Source: Defluviitaleaceae bacterium
GTDB lineage: Bacteria > Bacillota > Clostridia > Lachnospirales > WRAX01
Assembly: GCA_009784615.1 (NCBI GenBank)
Contig: WRBJ01000006.1
Coordinates: 5,760 to 69,759, forward strand
DNA length: 64,000 nucleotides
Direction of reading: 5' to 3'
The notes beneath the pieces were generated by a model that searched no databases, was not told the DNA's origin, and saw nothing but the letters and a program-made list of their open reading frames with translations. Numbering within the stretch: position 1 is the stretch's first letter; each line of letters starts with the position of its first letter. The translations under genes and the position numbers were made by a program. Below are positions 48,851 through 58,650 of the stretch, in pieces.

Positions 48851-49930
48851 TTGTTTAAGCGTTTTGTATATGTTTTTGTGGTTGTTTTTTGTATTTTTAT
48901 TATTGTTGGTGTGGATGATATTTTTGCCCATCAACCTGCTATTGGCGAGCCTATTGGCGTTGTGTTGCATACGGATATTAGAGTTTTTATTGATGCAATA
49001 GAGATTGAAGGGTTTAATATAAACGACTACACATATGTTGTGGCGGAAGATTTGGTAGCTTTTGGTATGGATGTGGCGTGGGATGGCGATACTTCATCGC
49101 TGTATATAGTCCGTGGTAGCTTTAATACCGAACCACCCAAGGTTGACGCAAATCAAAACCACCCAGGTAGTTTTGCGTTTTTCTTTGTTCATACTGAAAT
49201 TGTAACATATATTGACGGCAATTTGGTGCAAAGTTTTAATGTGGATGGCCGCACGGTTGTACGTGTTGATGATTTGGCGGCGGCTTTTGGTAATGTTTTT
49301 TGGGACGAGCGCAACAGGCTTGTTTTGCTACATTTAGAGCCTTTACCGCAGTCGGAAGAAACTGTGCAATTTGTAACGAGTCAATTTATGGTATTTAACG
49401 AAGGTAATCGACACGGCATTGTTAATTTGGTGGGTGATGTTATTGTGCCTGCGGTTTATAGTCAAAATGAAATTCGTATGCTTTATAATTTGACAAAACT
49501 AGATATGCCGATGCAAATTGCGCTTGGTGATTGGTTTGGAGATTTGCGTGAAAGTTTGCCACGCCACATCCCGCTTCGTATTATTGATATTTTAACAGGC
49601 ATTGAATATAATGTGGCAAGTTTTTCAAACGGTAATCACGCTGATGTAGAGCCGGTGACAGCTAATGATACCGAGCTAATGTTTGCAACACAACCCGCTT
49701 CGTGGACGGGTCGTCCTGTTATTGTGGTTTTTGACGACCGTGCATATGTTGCGGCGATACATACGATGCCGCACGATGTGGTGCATATTAGGGATAATAA
49801 TTTGGATGGGCATATTTGCTTGCATTTTAACGGAAGTACGCAACATATAAGCCCTAATGCGGTTTATGCAAGAGAGATTAATCAGGCATACGAGGTTGCG
49901 CAAAAATTTTTACGATATTTTGGAAAATAA
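48851..49930 (+). CDS. Secreted protein: stalk-like N-terminal domains and a C-terminal His/Cys (L,D-transpeptidase-like) domain
   Basis: Signal peptide; TDI..FI...I..FNI...YV..EDL repeats; NHADVEP, HTMPH, GHICLHF. Confidence 0.7.
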   Translation: MFKRFVYVFVVVFCIFIIVGVDDIFAHQPAIGEPIGVVLHTDIRVFIDAIEIEGFNINDYTYVVAEDLVAFGMDVAWDGDTSSLYIVRGSFNTEPPKVDANQNHPGSFAFFFVHTEIVTYIDGNLVQSFNVDGRTVVRVDDLAAAFGNVFWDERNRLVLLHLEPLPQSEETVQFVTSQFMVFNEGNRHGIVNLVGDVIVPAVYSQNEIRMLYNLTKLDMPMQIALGDWFGDLRESLPRHIPLRIIDILTGIEYNVASFSNGNHADVEPVTANDTELMFATQPASWTGRPVIVVFDDRAYVAAIHTMPHDVVHIRDNNLDGHICLHFNGSTQHISPNAVYAREINQAYEVAQKFLRYFGK

Positions 49931-49933
49931 ATG

Positions 49934-49962
49934 TTGACAAGATTACTAGGAAATGATATAAT
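49934..49962 (+). promoter_or_regulatory. Consensus sigmaA promoter with extended -10
   Basis: TTGACA-17bp-(TG)TATAAT. Confidence 0.8.
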
Positions 49963-49978
49963 GCGTCTTAAGTTAATA

Positions 49979-50066
49979 TCACCTAACACCAAGACTGGTT
50001 TTCTCTCAAGGTGAAAGGCGCAAAATATTTTTTGAAATTAATGCGCCTTAGGGTGCATTTTATTTT
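49979..50066 (+). ncRNA. Riboswitch-like leader (LOOT motif candidate) with terminator/antiterminator
   Basis: P1 tcacct/aggtga enclosing acca-agac-tggt and ctctca; aaggcgca pairs with tgcgcctt, which alternatively forms aatgcgcc-ttag-ggtgcatt followed by ttatttt. Confidence 0.6.
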
Positions 50067-50082
50067 GGAAAGGGTGAATTAT

Positions 50083-50328
50083 ATGGGAAATAGGGTTGCG
50101 GTTATTGCGATTATTATTGAAGATATTGAAAAGGCCGCCGCCGTAAACATATGTTTGCACGAATATGCAGATAATATTATAGGGAGAATGGGATTGCCTT
50201 ATAAACAAAAGAAAATGAACATCATCAGCGTTGTGGTTGACGCGCCGCACGACACGATTTCTGCATTGTCTGGCAAGATTGGGCGCATTGAAGGTGTTAG
50301 TGCGAAAACATTATATTCTAAAAATTAG
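50083..50328 (+). CDS. TM1266 family putative regulator (ACT/NikR-C-like)
   Basis: RVAVIAIIIED, LHEY...IIGRMGLPY, ISALSGKIG.I.GV.AK; start ATG 50083. Confidence 0.88.
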   Translation: MGNRVAVIAIIIEDIEKAAAVNICLHEYADNIIGRMGLPYKQKKMNIISVVVDAPHDTISALSGKIGRIEGVSAKTLYSKN

Positions 50329-50340
50329 GAGGAAAAACGT

Positions 50341-51372
50341 ATGAAAAAGAAATTATTATTGATTTTGGCAGTGGTTTTTGCTTTGGTTGTGATGGCGGCG
50401 TGTAATAACAGAACAGAGCCGACCATAACAACGCCGTCTACAACACCTTCAACAGAGGTTGATATAACGGCAGATGATACCGAACTTGTTGGTGGTGAAG
50501 TTAATATTGCGACATTGCGTGGTCCGTCGGGGCTTAGTATGTTGTTATTGATGGATACTGATACTCAAAACGATTATAATGTGATGCTGATGGGTGCACC
50601 TACTGAAATTCCGCCGCTTTTGGTGCGTGGTGACATTGATATTGCGGCGGTGCCTACTAATCTTGCTTCAAATTTGTATAATACTATGGATGGAAATATT
50701 GTAGTGCTTGCGGCTACGACACTTGGTGTTTTGCATATTGTAGACACAACGGGTACAATTAATAGTGTTGAAGATTTGCGTGGGCAAACTATTTATGCCA
50801 GTGGTGGCGGTGGTATGCCAGAGTTTATTCTTAACTACATCCTTGAAGGCAATGGATTAACACCAGGTGTTGATGTTATTATAGAATTTAGAACAGAGCA
50901 CACCGAAATTGCGGGTTTGATTGATACAGGTATTGCCCAAATAGCAATGTTGCCAGAGCCTTTTGCTACAACAACCGTTAATCGTGTTGATGGTTTAGAA
51001 TACGCGCTTGATTTAACAGAAGAATGGAACAAAATCTCACCTGACGCTGGTTTGATTATGACAACCGTTATTGCCCGTCGTGAATTTGTAGAGCAAAACC
51101 CTGATTTGGTTGAAATTTTTATGATGGAACTTGAAAGCAGTGTTAATTTTACTAATAATAGCGTTGAACAAGCGGCAGAGCTTGCCGTAACATACGACAT
51201 CATTCCCGCCGCACCTGTGGCACGTTTAGCAATACCGCGCTCTAATATTGTGTTTATAACAGGCGGACAATTTGAAACTTATGTTACCAATATTTTGGAA
51301 GTGTTTTATAACCACAACCCGGTTTCCATAGGGGGTCAAATGCCTAATGCGGATTTTTTCTTTAATAATTAA
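50341..51372 (+). CDS. ABC transporter substrate-binding lipoprotein (NitT/TauT/SsuA-like)
   Basis: Lipobox MAAC; L.GPSGL, G.IDIA.VP.N.A..LYN, LPEPF. Confidence 0.88.
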   Translation: MKKKLLLILAVVFALVVMAACNNRTEPTITTPSTTPSTEVDITADDTELVGGEVNIATLRGPSGLSMLLLMDTDTQNDYNVMLMGAPTEIPPLLVRGDIDIAAVPTNLASNLYNTMDGNIVVLAATTLGVLHIVDTTGTINSVEDLRGQTIYASGGGGMPEFILNYILEGNGLTPGVDVIIEFRTEHTEIAGLIDTGIAQIAMLPEPFATTTVNRVDGLEYALDLTEEWNKISPDAGLIMTTVIARREFVEQNPDLVEIFMMELESSVNFTNNSVEQAAELAVTYDIIPAAPVARLAIPRSNIVFITGGQFETYVTNILEVFYNHNPVSIGGQMPNADFFFNN

Positions 51373-52093
51373 AAAAATAGTTGTTGCCGCCTTTTGGTTT
51401 ATTGTGTGGGATATAGCGGCACGCATTGTAGGTAGCAGTATAATATTGGTTGGGCCTGTCGAAACCTTCGGCAGGCTTTTTGCCCTTACGGGTACAACGG
51501 CTTTTTGGAGCAGGATAAATTATTCGCTATTACGCATTATGCTTGGTTTTGTACTGTCTTTGGGTGTTGGTGTTTTGCTTGCCGTGGCTTGCCATAATTC
51601 AAAAATTATACGTGATTTAATTACACCGCTTATAAATGTAATAAAGTCTATACCTGTTGTATCCTTTGCCCTTTTGGCAATTTTTTGGATTTCGAGGGAT
51701 TATATGTCCGTTTTTATCGCATTTGTAACGGTTTTGCCCATTGTGTTTTTTAATACGCAAAAGGGCATTGAAAATACCGACGAAAAACTAATTGAAATGG
51801 CAGATGTTTTTCGAGTGGGCATTTTTAAAAAAATAAAACATATTTATGTGCCGCTGGTTATGCCTTTTGTTATTTCGGCGGCGGCAAGTGGCCTAGGTTT
51901 TGCGTGGAAGGCAGGTATTGCGGCAGAAGTTATTGGTTTTAGCAGAAGCTCTATTGGCGGAGGTTTGCACGAAGCAAGAAACTTTTTGCTTACGGCAGAT
52001 TTGTTGGCTTGGACAATTGCGATTGTTGTTTTGGCTTGGGCAATGGAGAAGGTTATATTCTTTCTTTTCGGGAGGTTTAAAAAATGGCAATAG
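51347..52093 (+). CDS. ABC transporter permease (NitT/TauT family)
   Basis: SL.RI..GF, KSIPVVS, D.KL.EMA.VF, WKAGIAAE. Confidence 0.9.
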   Translation: MRIFSLIIKKIVVAAFWFIVWDIAARIVGSSIILVGPVETFGRLFALTGTTAFWSRINYSLLRIMLGFVLSLGVGVLLAVACHNSKIIRDLITPLINVIKSIPVVSFALLAIFWISRDYMSVFIAFVTVLPIVFFNTQKGIENTDEKLIEMADVFRVGIFKKIKHIYVPLVMPFVISAAASGLGFAWKAGIAAEVIGFSRSSIGGGLHEARNFLLTADLLAWTIAIVVLAWAMEKVIFFLFGRFKKWQ

Positions 52094-52656
52094 AAATAAA
52101 AAATATCTCGAAAAGTTTTGGTAGCAAAGTTGTGCTTGCAGATTTTAGTTTAGTGTTGGAGCAAGGCATTACTTGTATTATGGGTGCTTCAGGCAAGGGC
52201 AAAACTACATTAATCAACATACTTGCGAGGTTGGTTTCTGCTGATAGTGGCGAAATCGTTATGCCTGCTGGCGCAAAAATATCATTTGTTTTTCAAGAGG
52301 ATAGACTGTTGCAATGGGACACGGCGATACAAAATGTGCTTTTTCCGATGAAGCGTCCGAAGGATTTTATAAAAAATGCGACAGAATTATTGATACAGTC
52401 GGGCTTGGAAGAAGCTATTAACAAAAAAGCCGACGAATTATCGGGTGGTATGAAACGGCGTGTTGCAATTTGCCGTGCGCTGATTGCCGAACACGATGTG
52501 TTGATTATGGACGAGCCTTTTAAAGGTCTTGATGATGAACTAAAACCAAGAATTATGGATATGATAAAAAACCATAGCGTAGATAAAATTGTGCTTTGCA
52601 TAACTCACGATAAGACCGAAGCGAGCTACCTTGGCGGTAAATTGGTGCAAATGTAG
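52084..52656 (+). CDS. ABC transporter ATP-binding protein
   Basis: GASGKGKTT, FQEDRL, LSGGMKRR, MDEPF, ITHD. Confidence 0.93.
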   Translation: MAIEIKNISKSFGSKVVLADFSLVLEQGITCIMGASGKGKTTLINILARLVSADSGEIVMPAGAKISFVFQEDRLLQWDTAIQNVLFPMKRPKDFIKNATELLIQSGLEEAINKKADELSGGMKRRVAICRALIAEHDVLIMDEPFKGLDDELKPRIMDMIKNHSVDKIVLCITHDKTEASYLGGKLVQM

Positions 52657-53467
52657 CTTACTATTGCCACAAAATTTAGTGGCATATTTGCTGATAGATA
52701 TACCGACTAATATACGCAAACGCAAATTGTCGCTGGCGGCGATAAAGCTGCAAAGCGAAGATGTAAAAATAATCGACCTTGCCGTAATGTATGGATATGA
52801 CAGCGCAGATGGTTTTGCCCGTGCTTTTGCAAAGCAACACGGCATTGTACCTTCTGTTGCTCGTCAAGCGGGTATTAATTTGACTATTTTTCCTCCTCTT
52901 AATTTCCAAATCAAAATAAAGGGAGCGATAGCTATGAATTGGAGAATTGAGGAGAAAGACGCTTTTAAGGTCTTTGGGATTGAGCGGATTTTTAGCCGTG
53001 AAGATTTAAGTAATGGAAATGTGCCAAGGTTTTGGGCAGAGAGCGAAAAAAATGGTGGTTTAGAAAAATTGTATGATGATGCTGGTGGTATACGCAATGC
53101 GGATGGTAGTCCGAAATATAGCGATACTACTGAAACAATGTGCATTGTTAATTCGGTTTGTGACTACAAAGAGCTTGAAGGTGGCAATTTTGCATATATG
53201 ATTTGTGCTTTTGCAAACCCAAATAGCAAAACAGATGGTTATGAGATTGTGCAAATACCAAAAACGACTTGGGCAGTTTTTCGCAGTGAAAAATTTAGCC
53301 TAGACCATATAGGTCAAGAAATACCTAAATTGTTTAATAGGGCGTATAGCGAATGGTTGCCAACATCTGGATATGACAGGGATAACAGGGCAAATGTTCC
53401 GTATATGGAGATATATTATCGTGCCAAAAATGGGGATTTTTTGAAGAAGTTTGGATTCCTGTGGTAA
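52631..53467 (+). pseudogene. 5'-truncated AraC regulator with a GyrI-like effector domain; 3' frameshift
   Basis: Only the second HTH half is present (IRKRKLSLAA...YGYDSADGFARAF...HG..PS); the expected C-terminal EEVWIPV is out of frame after T6 at 53437-53442; internal ATG 52934 has its own RBS. Confidence 0.7.
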
Positions 53468-53481
53468 AAAATAAGGTCTAT

Positions 53482-53516
53482 AATTTAAAAGACGGCGCAT
53501 TGCCGTCTTTTAAATT
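53482..53516. terminator. Bidirectional intrinsic terminator
   Basis: aatttaaaagacggc-gcatt-gccgtcttttaaatt between convergent genes. Confidence 0.85.
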
Positions 53517-53590
53517 ATTTTGAGGACATTTTAATTTTCAAAATAAGTCTATAGTGTTTTTGAAAAAATAGAAAAACCTTTAGTATGATT

Positions 53591-54730
53591 CTACGGCAGT
53601 ATTACCATTGGTGTTGAAATTTCATTGCGTTCGGGTATATTTTTATGTTTTAGCGCAAGCCAATACATCTGCGTAGCGTTAATTTCATTTACAAGGGTAT
53701 TTTTGGCGTGTTTTGTATTGGTGATTATGGGTAATGCCGCATTTTTGTACATTTGCGTAATTAGATGAGATTTACTGCGTTTAAAACCCAAAACACGTAA
53801 ATAACGCACTTTTTCTTGTTTTTCGTGGTTCAAAAAAATATTTAACGCCGCACGTTTTAACGCCGTATATGTGATATTTTTTGTTTTAACAGCAGAAACT
53901 ATATCACTAATGTAATAATGTTCTTGCGCTGCTACATCAAAAATTGTTTTGTGCTTTTGCGTTTTTATTATATAGTGAAAAAAAGCACTAAAATTATCTA
54001 CATTATTAACAGCCGACTGCAAATATTCTTCCGACAAAATTTCGTAAGAAGATGACGGCATATAGTCTGCAAGCTCTGAAATATTGCCTGACAAAATTTG
54101 CCCACGAATTGCACTTGCCGATGCATATGGCGGACGCATTTGCTTATCGTGATGATTAACGCCAATACGTGCGATGGCGTGTGGCGTAATAGCGGAATTA
54201 AGCCGTAACAACGCCTTTAAATATTCTATGGCGAGGATGTTGTTTGGCGTGCGTAAAATTTCTGTGGTATTGGGCAAAATAGCAGAAACAGCGGTGGCTC
54301 TAGCTTTTGGAAAGCTATTGCCTTTTGCAAGCTCATCACGCAAAATTGCTTTAAATTTGGGCGTTTCATTAACAAGCAACTTGGCAATGGGCAGCAAAAG
54401 CGATAAATCTGTATTTTCAGCACCAAAACAAATATCAGTGACAATACCGCTTGCTACAAGAATTTCAACACCTGCTTGTGCAAAACCTTCTGCGCTGGAT
54501 GTTGCAAATTCCACAGGTAGCTCAAGCACAAGGTCTGCCCCGTTTAGCAACGCCTGTTTTGTACGGGCAAATTTGTCAATAATTGCAGGCTCGCCGCGTT
54601 GCACAAAGTTCCCACTTAACACCACAACAACATTATCTGCCCCGATTTTTTTACGTGTAATATCTAATTGAAATTTATGACCATTATGAAAAGGGTTATA
54701 TTCGGCAATTATACCGCAAATTTTCTTCAT
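53591..54730 (-). CDS. tmcAL: tRNA(Met) cytidine acetate ligase (HIGH nucleotidyltransferase family)
   Basis: GIIAEYNPFHNGH, SGNFVQRGEPA, GADLVLELP, PNNILAIEY, SASAIR; start ATG 54730. Confidence 0.92.
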   Translation of the reverse strand: MKKICGIIAEYNPFHNGHKFQLDITRKKIGADNVVVVLSGNFVQRGEPAIIDKFARTKQALLNGADLVLELPVEFATSSAEGFAQAGVEILVASGIVTDICFGAENTDLSLLLPIAKLLVNETPKFKAILRDELAKGNSFPKARATAVSAILPNTTEILRTPNNILAIEYLKALLRLNSAITPHAIARIGVNHHDKQMRPPYASASAIRGQILSGNISELADYMPSSSYEILSEEYLQSAVNNVDNFSAFFHYIIKTQKHKTIFDVAAQEHYYISDIVSAVKTKNITYTALKRAALNIFLNHEKQEKVRYLRVLGFKRSKSHLITQMYKNAALPIITNTKHAKNTLVNEINATQMYWLALKHKNIPERNEISTPMVILP

Positions 54731-54812
54731 TTCATCACCACCAAATAAAAGATTGTTATCATTATAAAATATTTTTTGGAAAATTGCAAAATAATTTGAC
54801 AACTCGCTTTAG

Positions 54813-55673
54813 ATGGTGTATTATAGATTAGAACAGGTTTTTTTACTTCGTGAGGGGTTGGACGCAATAGAGCTAAAAGAAACGGAATTTAGGCAAATAA
54901 GAGACTTTCTAAAGGAAAACTTTGGCATATCAATGGGTGATGAAAAGCGCACATTGGTTTATTCTCGTTTACGTCCATTGTTGCGAGAAAAAGGTTTTTC
55001 TGATTTTTCACAGTTTATTGACTATGTAAAATCAGACAATTCGGGTGAAGCTAGCGTTGTTATGGCTAATCGTCTAACAACAAACCACACATTTTTTATG
55101 CGTGAGCCCGAACATTTCGAGCTTTTGGCAAAAGAAGCCCTGCCTTGGGTTGAAAACGAATTTGGGCGTGAAAAAGATTTACGTTTGTGGTGTGCGGCTT
55201 GCTCTAGCGGTGAAGAAGCATATACACTGCAAATGATAGTGAAAGATTATTTTGGTGACAAAGGCTGGAATACCGAGATTTTAGCAACAGATATTTCCGA
55301 AAAAGTGTTGTTGCAAGCCAGTAATGGTATATATTCGGGCGAGTCTTTGCGTGTGATGCCCAATGAATGGCTTAAAAAATACTTCACGCAATATGATAAC
55401 GAAAATATGCGTGTGAAAGAAGAAATTAAACGGCAAGTAACATTTAGAAAATATAATTTGATGAATGAAACAATGCCATTTAAACGAAAATTTCACGTTA
55501 TATTTTGCCGCAATGTAATGATTTATTTTGACAATGCTACAAGGGAACAAATGGCGAAAAGATTTTATGATATTTTAGAACCAGGCGGATGGCTTTTTAT
55601 CGGACATTCCGAATCGCTATCCAGTGCCGATGTACCACTAAAATACGTACAACCTGCTGTGTATAGACGTTAA
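54813..55673 (+). CDS. cheR: Chemotaxis methyltransferase CheR (start codon uncertain)
   Basis: LTTNHTFFMRE, WCAACSSGEEAY, ATDIS, IFCRNVMIYFD, GHSE. Confidence 0.95.
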   Translation: MVYYRLEQVFLLREGLDAIELKETEFRQIRDFLKENFGISMGDEKRTLVYSRLRPLLREKGFSDFSQFIDYVKSDNSGEASVVMANRLTTNHTFFMREPEHFELLAKEALPWVENEFGREKDLRLWCAACSSGEEAYTLQMIVKDYFGDKGWNTEILATDISEKVLLQASNGIYSGESLRVMPNEWLKKYFTQYDNENMRVKEEIKRQVTFRKYNLMNETMPFKRKFHVIFCRNVMIYFDNATREQMAKRFYDILEPGGWLFIGHSESLSSADVPLKYVQPAVYRR

Positions 55674-55744
55674 TATAGCGGCGGTTGTTTGACATAAATA
55701 TTGCAAATTATAACAATCACAAATGGAGATAACGGAGGTTACTT

Positions 55745-58099
55745 ATGGCTGATTTCGACAGAGAATCAATGTTGGAAATGTTCTCGTTTGAGATGAACCA
55801 ATTGGTTGACCAATTGGAGCAGACCATTATTGCAAGCGAGTCTGGTTTTTCTAGCGATTTTATTAACGAAGTTTTCCGCATTATGCATACCATAAAAGGG
55901 TCTGCGGCTATGATGCTTTTTGATACGATAGCAACAGCAACACATGCGGCGGAAGATTTATTCTTTTATTTGCGTGAGGAAAAACCGACAGATGTTAATT
56001 ATTCCGAGCTAACCGACCACGTTTTGGCTTGTATGGACTTTATTAAAGAAGAACTGGGCAAAATTGAGCAAGGAGTGCCTGTCAACGGCAACCCCGATAA
56101 GGTTGTGCAAGACATTACGGCGTTTTTGGCGGGCTTAAAAGGTGAAACGGTAGGTGAAGTAGCTGTTGCGACAGAAGAAGCAAAAGCAGCTGCGGCGGCG
56201 GAAATTACATCGCCATTTGGCAATCATCGTTATCGTGTTAAAATCCGTTTTGACGAAGAAGCACAAATGGAAAATGTTCGGGCTTTTGCTGTTATCAACA
56301 ATTTAAAAGCATATACTCTTGGAATGGTTTGCGAGCCAGAAGATTTGACGAGCGAAGATGCAATTCCATTTATTCGTGTAAATGGTTTTACCGTCAGCTT
56401 TACATCAAATTACAGCTATGACACTATTTTTGACATACTTAATAAAGGTGTGTATATACAAGATATTTTTCTTGAGGAGTATACAAAAGAAAATGAAGAA
56501 ATGGAAGGGCTTAACAGCTTTGATGTTTTCTTAAAATTTGATGAAGGTGCGCAAATGGAAAATGTGCGCGCTTACACTGTTGTAAATACCTTAAAGCCTT
56601 ATGCAGACTATCTTTTGCATCATCCTGCTGACCTTTTGGACGAAGGTGCGGCGGCTGTTATACAAACAAAAGGCTTGCATATAGACCTAGCAACAGCACA
56701 AAGTTACGATGATGTTTATGATTTATTAATGCAAACGATATATTTGAAAGAATTAAAAATCACACCTAAATATGGACAGGCGGCTGTGGCTACTGTTGCT
56801 GAAACTGTGCTTGCAGAAGATACAGCGATTGTTGCAAACGATGTTCCTGCGGCGGCTTCTGCACCTGTTGTTGATAATGTTGCGGCGGATGCGCAGGCTT
56901 TAGCGGCAAGCGCAAACCCTGCGGCGGCAAAACGTTCTTCTGGGCAAGCTGTTATTTCTGTTAATGTTTCCAAATTGGACCAATTGCTTAAACTAATGGG
57001 CGAATTAGTTATTGTTGAGGCTATGGTTACGCAAAATCCAGAACTTGAAGGCTTACAGCTTGAAAACTTTCACCGTGAAGTGCGTCAGCTAAAGAAAATT
57101 ATTAAAGATGTACAAGAAACCGTAATGACAATGCGCCTTGTATCTCTTAGCGGCACATTCTTTAAAATGAACCGTATCGTGCGTGATATGTGCAAGGCAT
57201 TAAATAAGGACTGTGTTCTTGACATTGTCGGTGAAAATACCGAAGTGGACAAGAATATTATTGAGCATATTGGCGACCCAATTATGCACATTGTGAGAAA
57301 CAGCCTTGACCACGGTATAGAAACACCAGAGAAGAGACGTGCGGCTGGCAAACCAGAAAGAGGTCGCATTGTATTAGAAGCACGCAATGCAGGCAGTGAA
57401 GTTTGGATTATTATCGAAGATGACGGTGCGGGTCTTAACAAAGACCGCATTATGGATAAAGCACGTGCAAACGGGCTATTGAAAAAACCTGAAAACGAAT
57501 ATACCGACCGTGAAATTTTCCAATTTATATTTATGCCAGGCTTTAGCACAAACGAAGTCGTAACAAGCTATAGCGGTCGTGGCGTTGGCATGGACGTTGT
57601 TAATAAGAATCTCGAGTTTGTCGGAGGTTCGGTGGTTGTAGATTCTGCTCCAGGCGAAGGTTCTGTATTTACAATGAAAATACCTTTAACACTTGCTATT
57701 ATTGAAGGTATGATTATTAAGGCGGCTGGTGCAAAATACACCATCCCAATTGTGTCTATCAGAGATTCGTTCCGTCCAAACCCAGAAGACATCTTTATGG
57801 ACCCCAACGGAAACGAGATGATAACAGTGCGTGGCGACCATTATAATGTGGTGCGCTTGCACGAGTTCTTTGGACTTGAAGGCGAAGTGAAAGAAACCAA
57901 AGATGGCATAATGATGATTATCGAAAATGGCGATGACGCTGTGTGCTTGTTCGTTGATGACCTTATCGGCGAGCAACAGGTTGTTGTAAAATCTATACCG
58001 AAATACATTAAAAAAATACGTGGTGTTTCGGGATGTACATTGCTTGGTAATGGCGAAATCAGCCTAATTATTGATGTCGCCGGATTCTTTGATAAATAG
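55745..58099 (+). CDS. cheA: Chemotaxis histidine kinase CheA with duplicated P2 region
   Basis: FRIMHTIKGSA (Hpt), HIVRNSLDHG, DDGAG, PGFST, SGRGVGMDVV, C-terminal CheW-like domain; two QMENVRA repeats. Confidence 0.97.
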   Translation: MADFDRESMLEMFSFEMNQLVDQLEQTIIASESGFSSDFINEVFRIMHTIKGSAAMMLFDTIATATHAAEDLFFYLREEKPTDVNYSELTDHVLACMDFIKEELGKIEQGVPVNGNPDKVVQDITAFLAGLKGETVGEVAVATEEAKAAAAAEITSPFGNHRYRVKIRFDEEAQMENVRAFAVINNLKAYTLGMVCEPEDLTSEDAIPFIRVNGFTVSFTSNYSYDTIFDILNKGVYIQDIFLEEYTKENEEMEGLNSFDVFLKFDEGAQMENVRAYTVVNTLKPYADYLLHHPADLLDEGAAAVIQTKGLHIDLATAQSYDDVYDLLMQTIYLKELKITPKYGQAAVATVAETVLAEDTAIVANDVPAAASAPVVDNVAADAQALAASANPAAAKRSSGQAVISVNVSKLDQLLKLMGELVIVEAMVTQNPELEGLQLENFHREVRQLKKIIKDVQETVMTMRLVSLSGTFFKMNRIVRDMCKALNKDCVLDIVGENTEVDKNIIEHIGDPIMHIVRNSLDHGIETPEKRRAAGKPERGRIVLEARNAGSEVWIIIEDDGAGLNKDRIMDKARANGLLKKPENEYTDREIFQFIFMPGFSTNEVVTSYSGRGVGMDVVNKNLEFVGGSVVVDSAPGEGSVFTMKIPLTLAIIEGMIIKAAGAKYTIPIVSIRDSFRPNPEDIFMDPNGNEMITVRGDHYNVVRLHEFFGLEGEVKETKDGIMMIIENGDDAVCLFVDDLIGEQQVVVKSIPKYIKKIRGVSGCTLLGNGEISLIIDVAGFFDK

Positions 58100-58110
58100 G
58101 AGGAAGCTAA

Positions 58111-58587
58111 ATGAGTGTTACAATGGATAACGATTTTATGGCGGAAGACCGCTCTGCGGCAGATATTACTCGTAATTTGTATCTTTCTTTTATCATTGAA
58201 GAAGAGCAATATGCCGTGGAAATTAGCAGTATAAAAGAAATTATCGGTGTTGTACCAATAACTATAGTACCGCAAACAGAAAATTATATTAAGGGTATAA
58301 TCAACTTGCGTGGCGATATTATCCCTGTAATTGATATGCGCTTGCGCTTTATGAAGCAAGAAATACAGTATGATGACCAAACATGTATTGTGGTTGTATT
58401 GTATCAAGATTATATCTTGGGTTTGATTGTTGACCGCATTATCGGTGTTTATACGCTTGACGAGCAAATGATTTCATCGCCACCAAATGCTAAATTAAGC
58501 TATGCGAATCAATTTGTTAAAAATATTGGTCGTAAAGATGAAGGGATAATGCTTCTACTAGACCTTGAAAAAATACTATTTGTGTAA
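58111..58587 (+). CDS. cheW: Chemotaxis coupling protein CheW
   Basis: IKEII, IKGIINLRGDIIPVIDMR, GLIVD. Confidence 0.96.
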   Translation: MSVTMDNDFMAEDRSAADITRNLYLSFIIEEEQYAVEISSIKEIIGVVPITIVPQTENYIKGIINLRGDIIPVIDMRLRFMKQEIQYDDQTCIVVVLYQDYILGLIVDRIIGVYTLDEQMISSPPNAKLSYANQFVKNIGRKDEGIMLLLDLEKILFV

Positions 58588-58617
58588 CAAACTTTATACT
58601 ATAGAAAACCAATTAAA

Positions 58618-58633
58618 TAGACCTTAAGGTCTA
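58618..58633. promoter_or_regulatory. Perfect 16-bp palindrome upstream of ackA (candidate operator)
   Basis: TAGACCTTAAGGTCTA. Confidence 0.45.
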
Positions 58634-58650
58634 AAGTAGGAGAAATTTGT

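Noticed and set aside
49979-50066. Glycine, cobalamin or TPP riboswitch assignment for the TM1266 leader
   Set aside because: Too short and lacks their core motifs; only a superficial ctctca similarity to glycine aptamers
56220-56770. Internal duplication in CheA as a novelty
   Set aside because: Tandem P2-like domains are common in clostridial CheA proteins of this type
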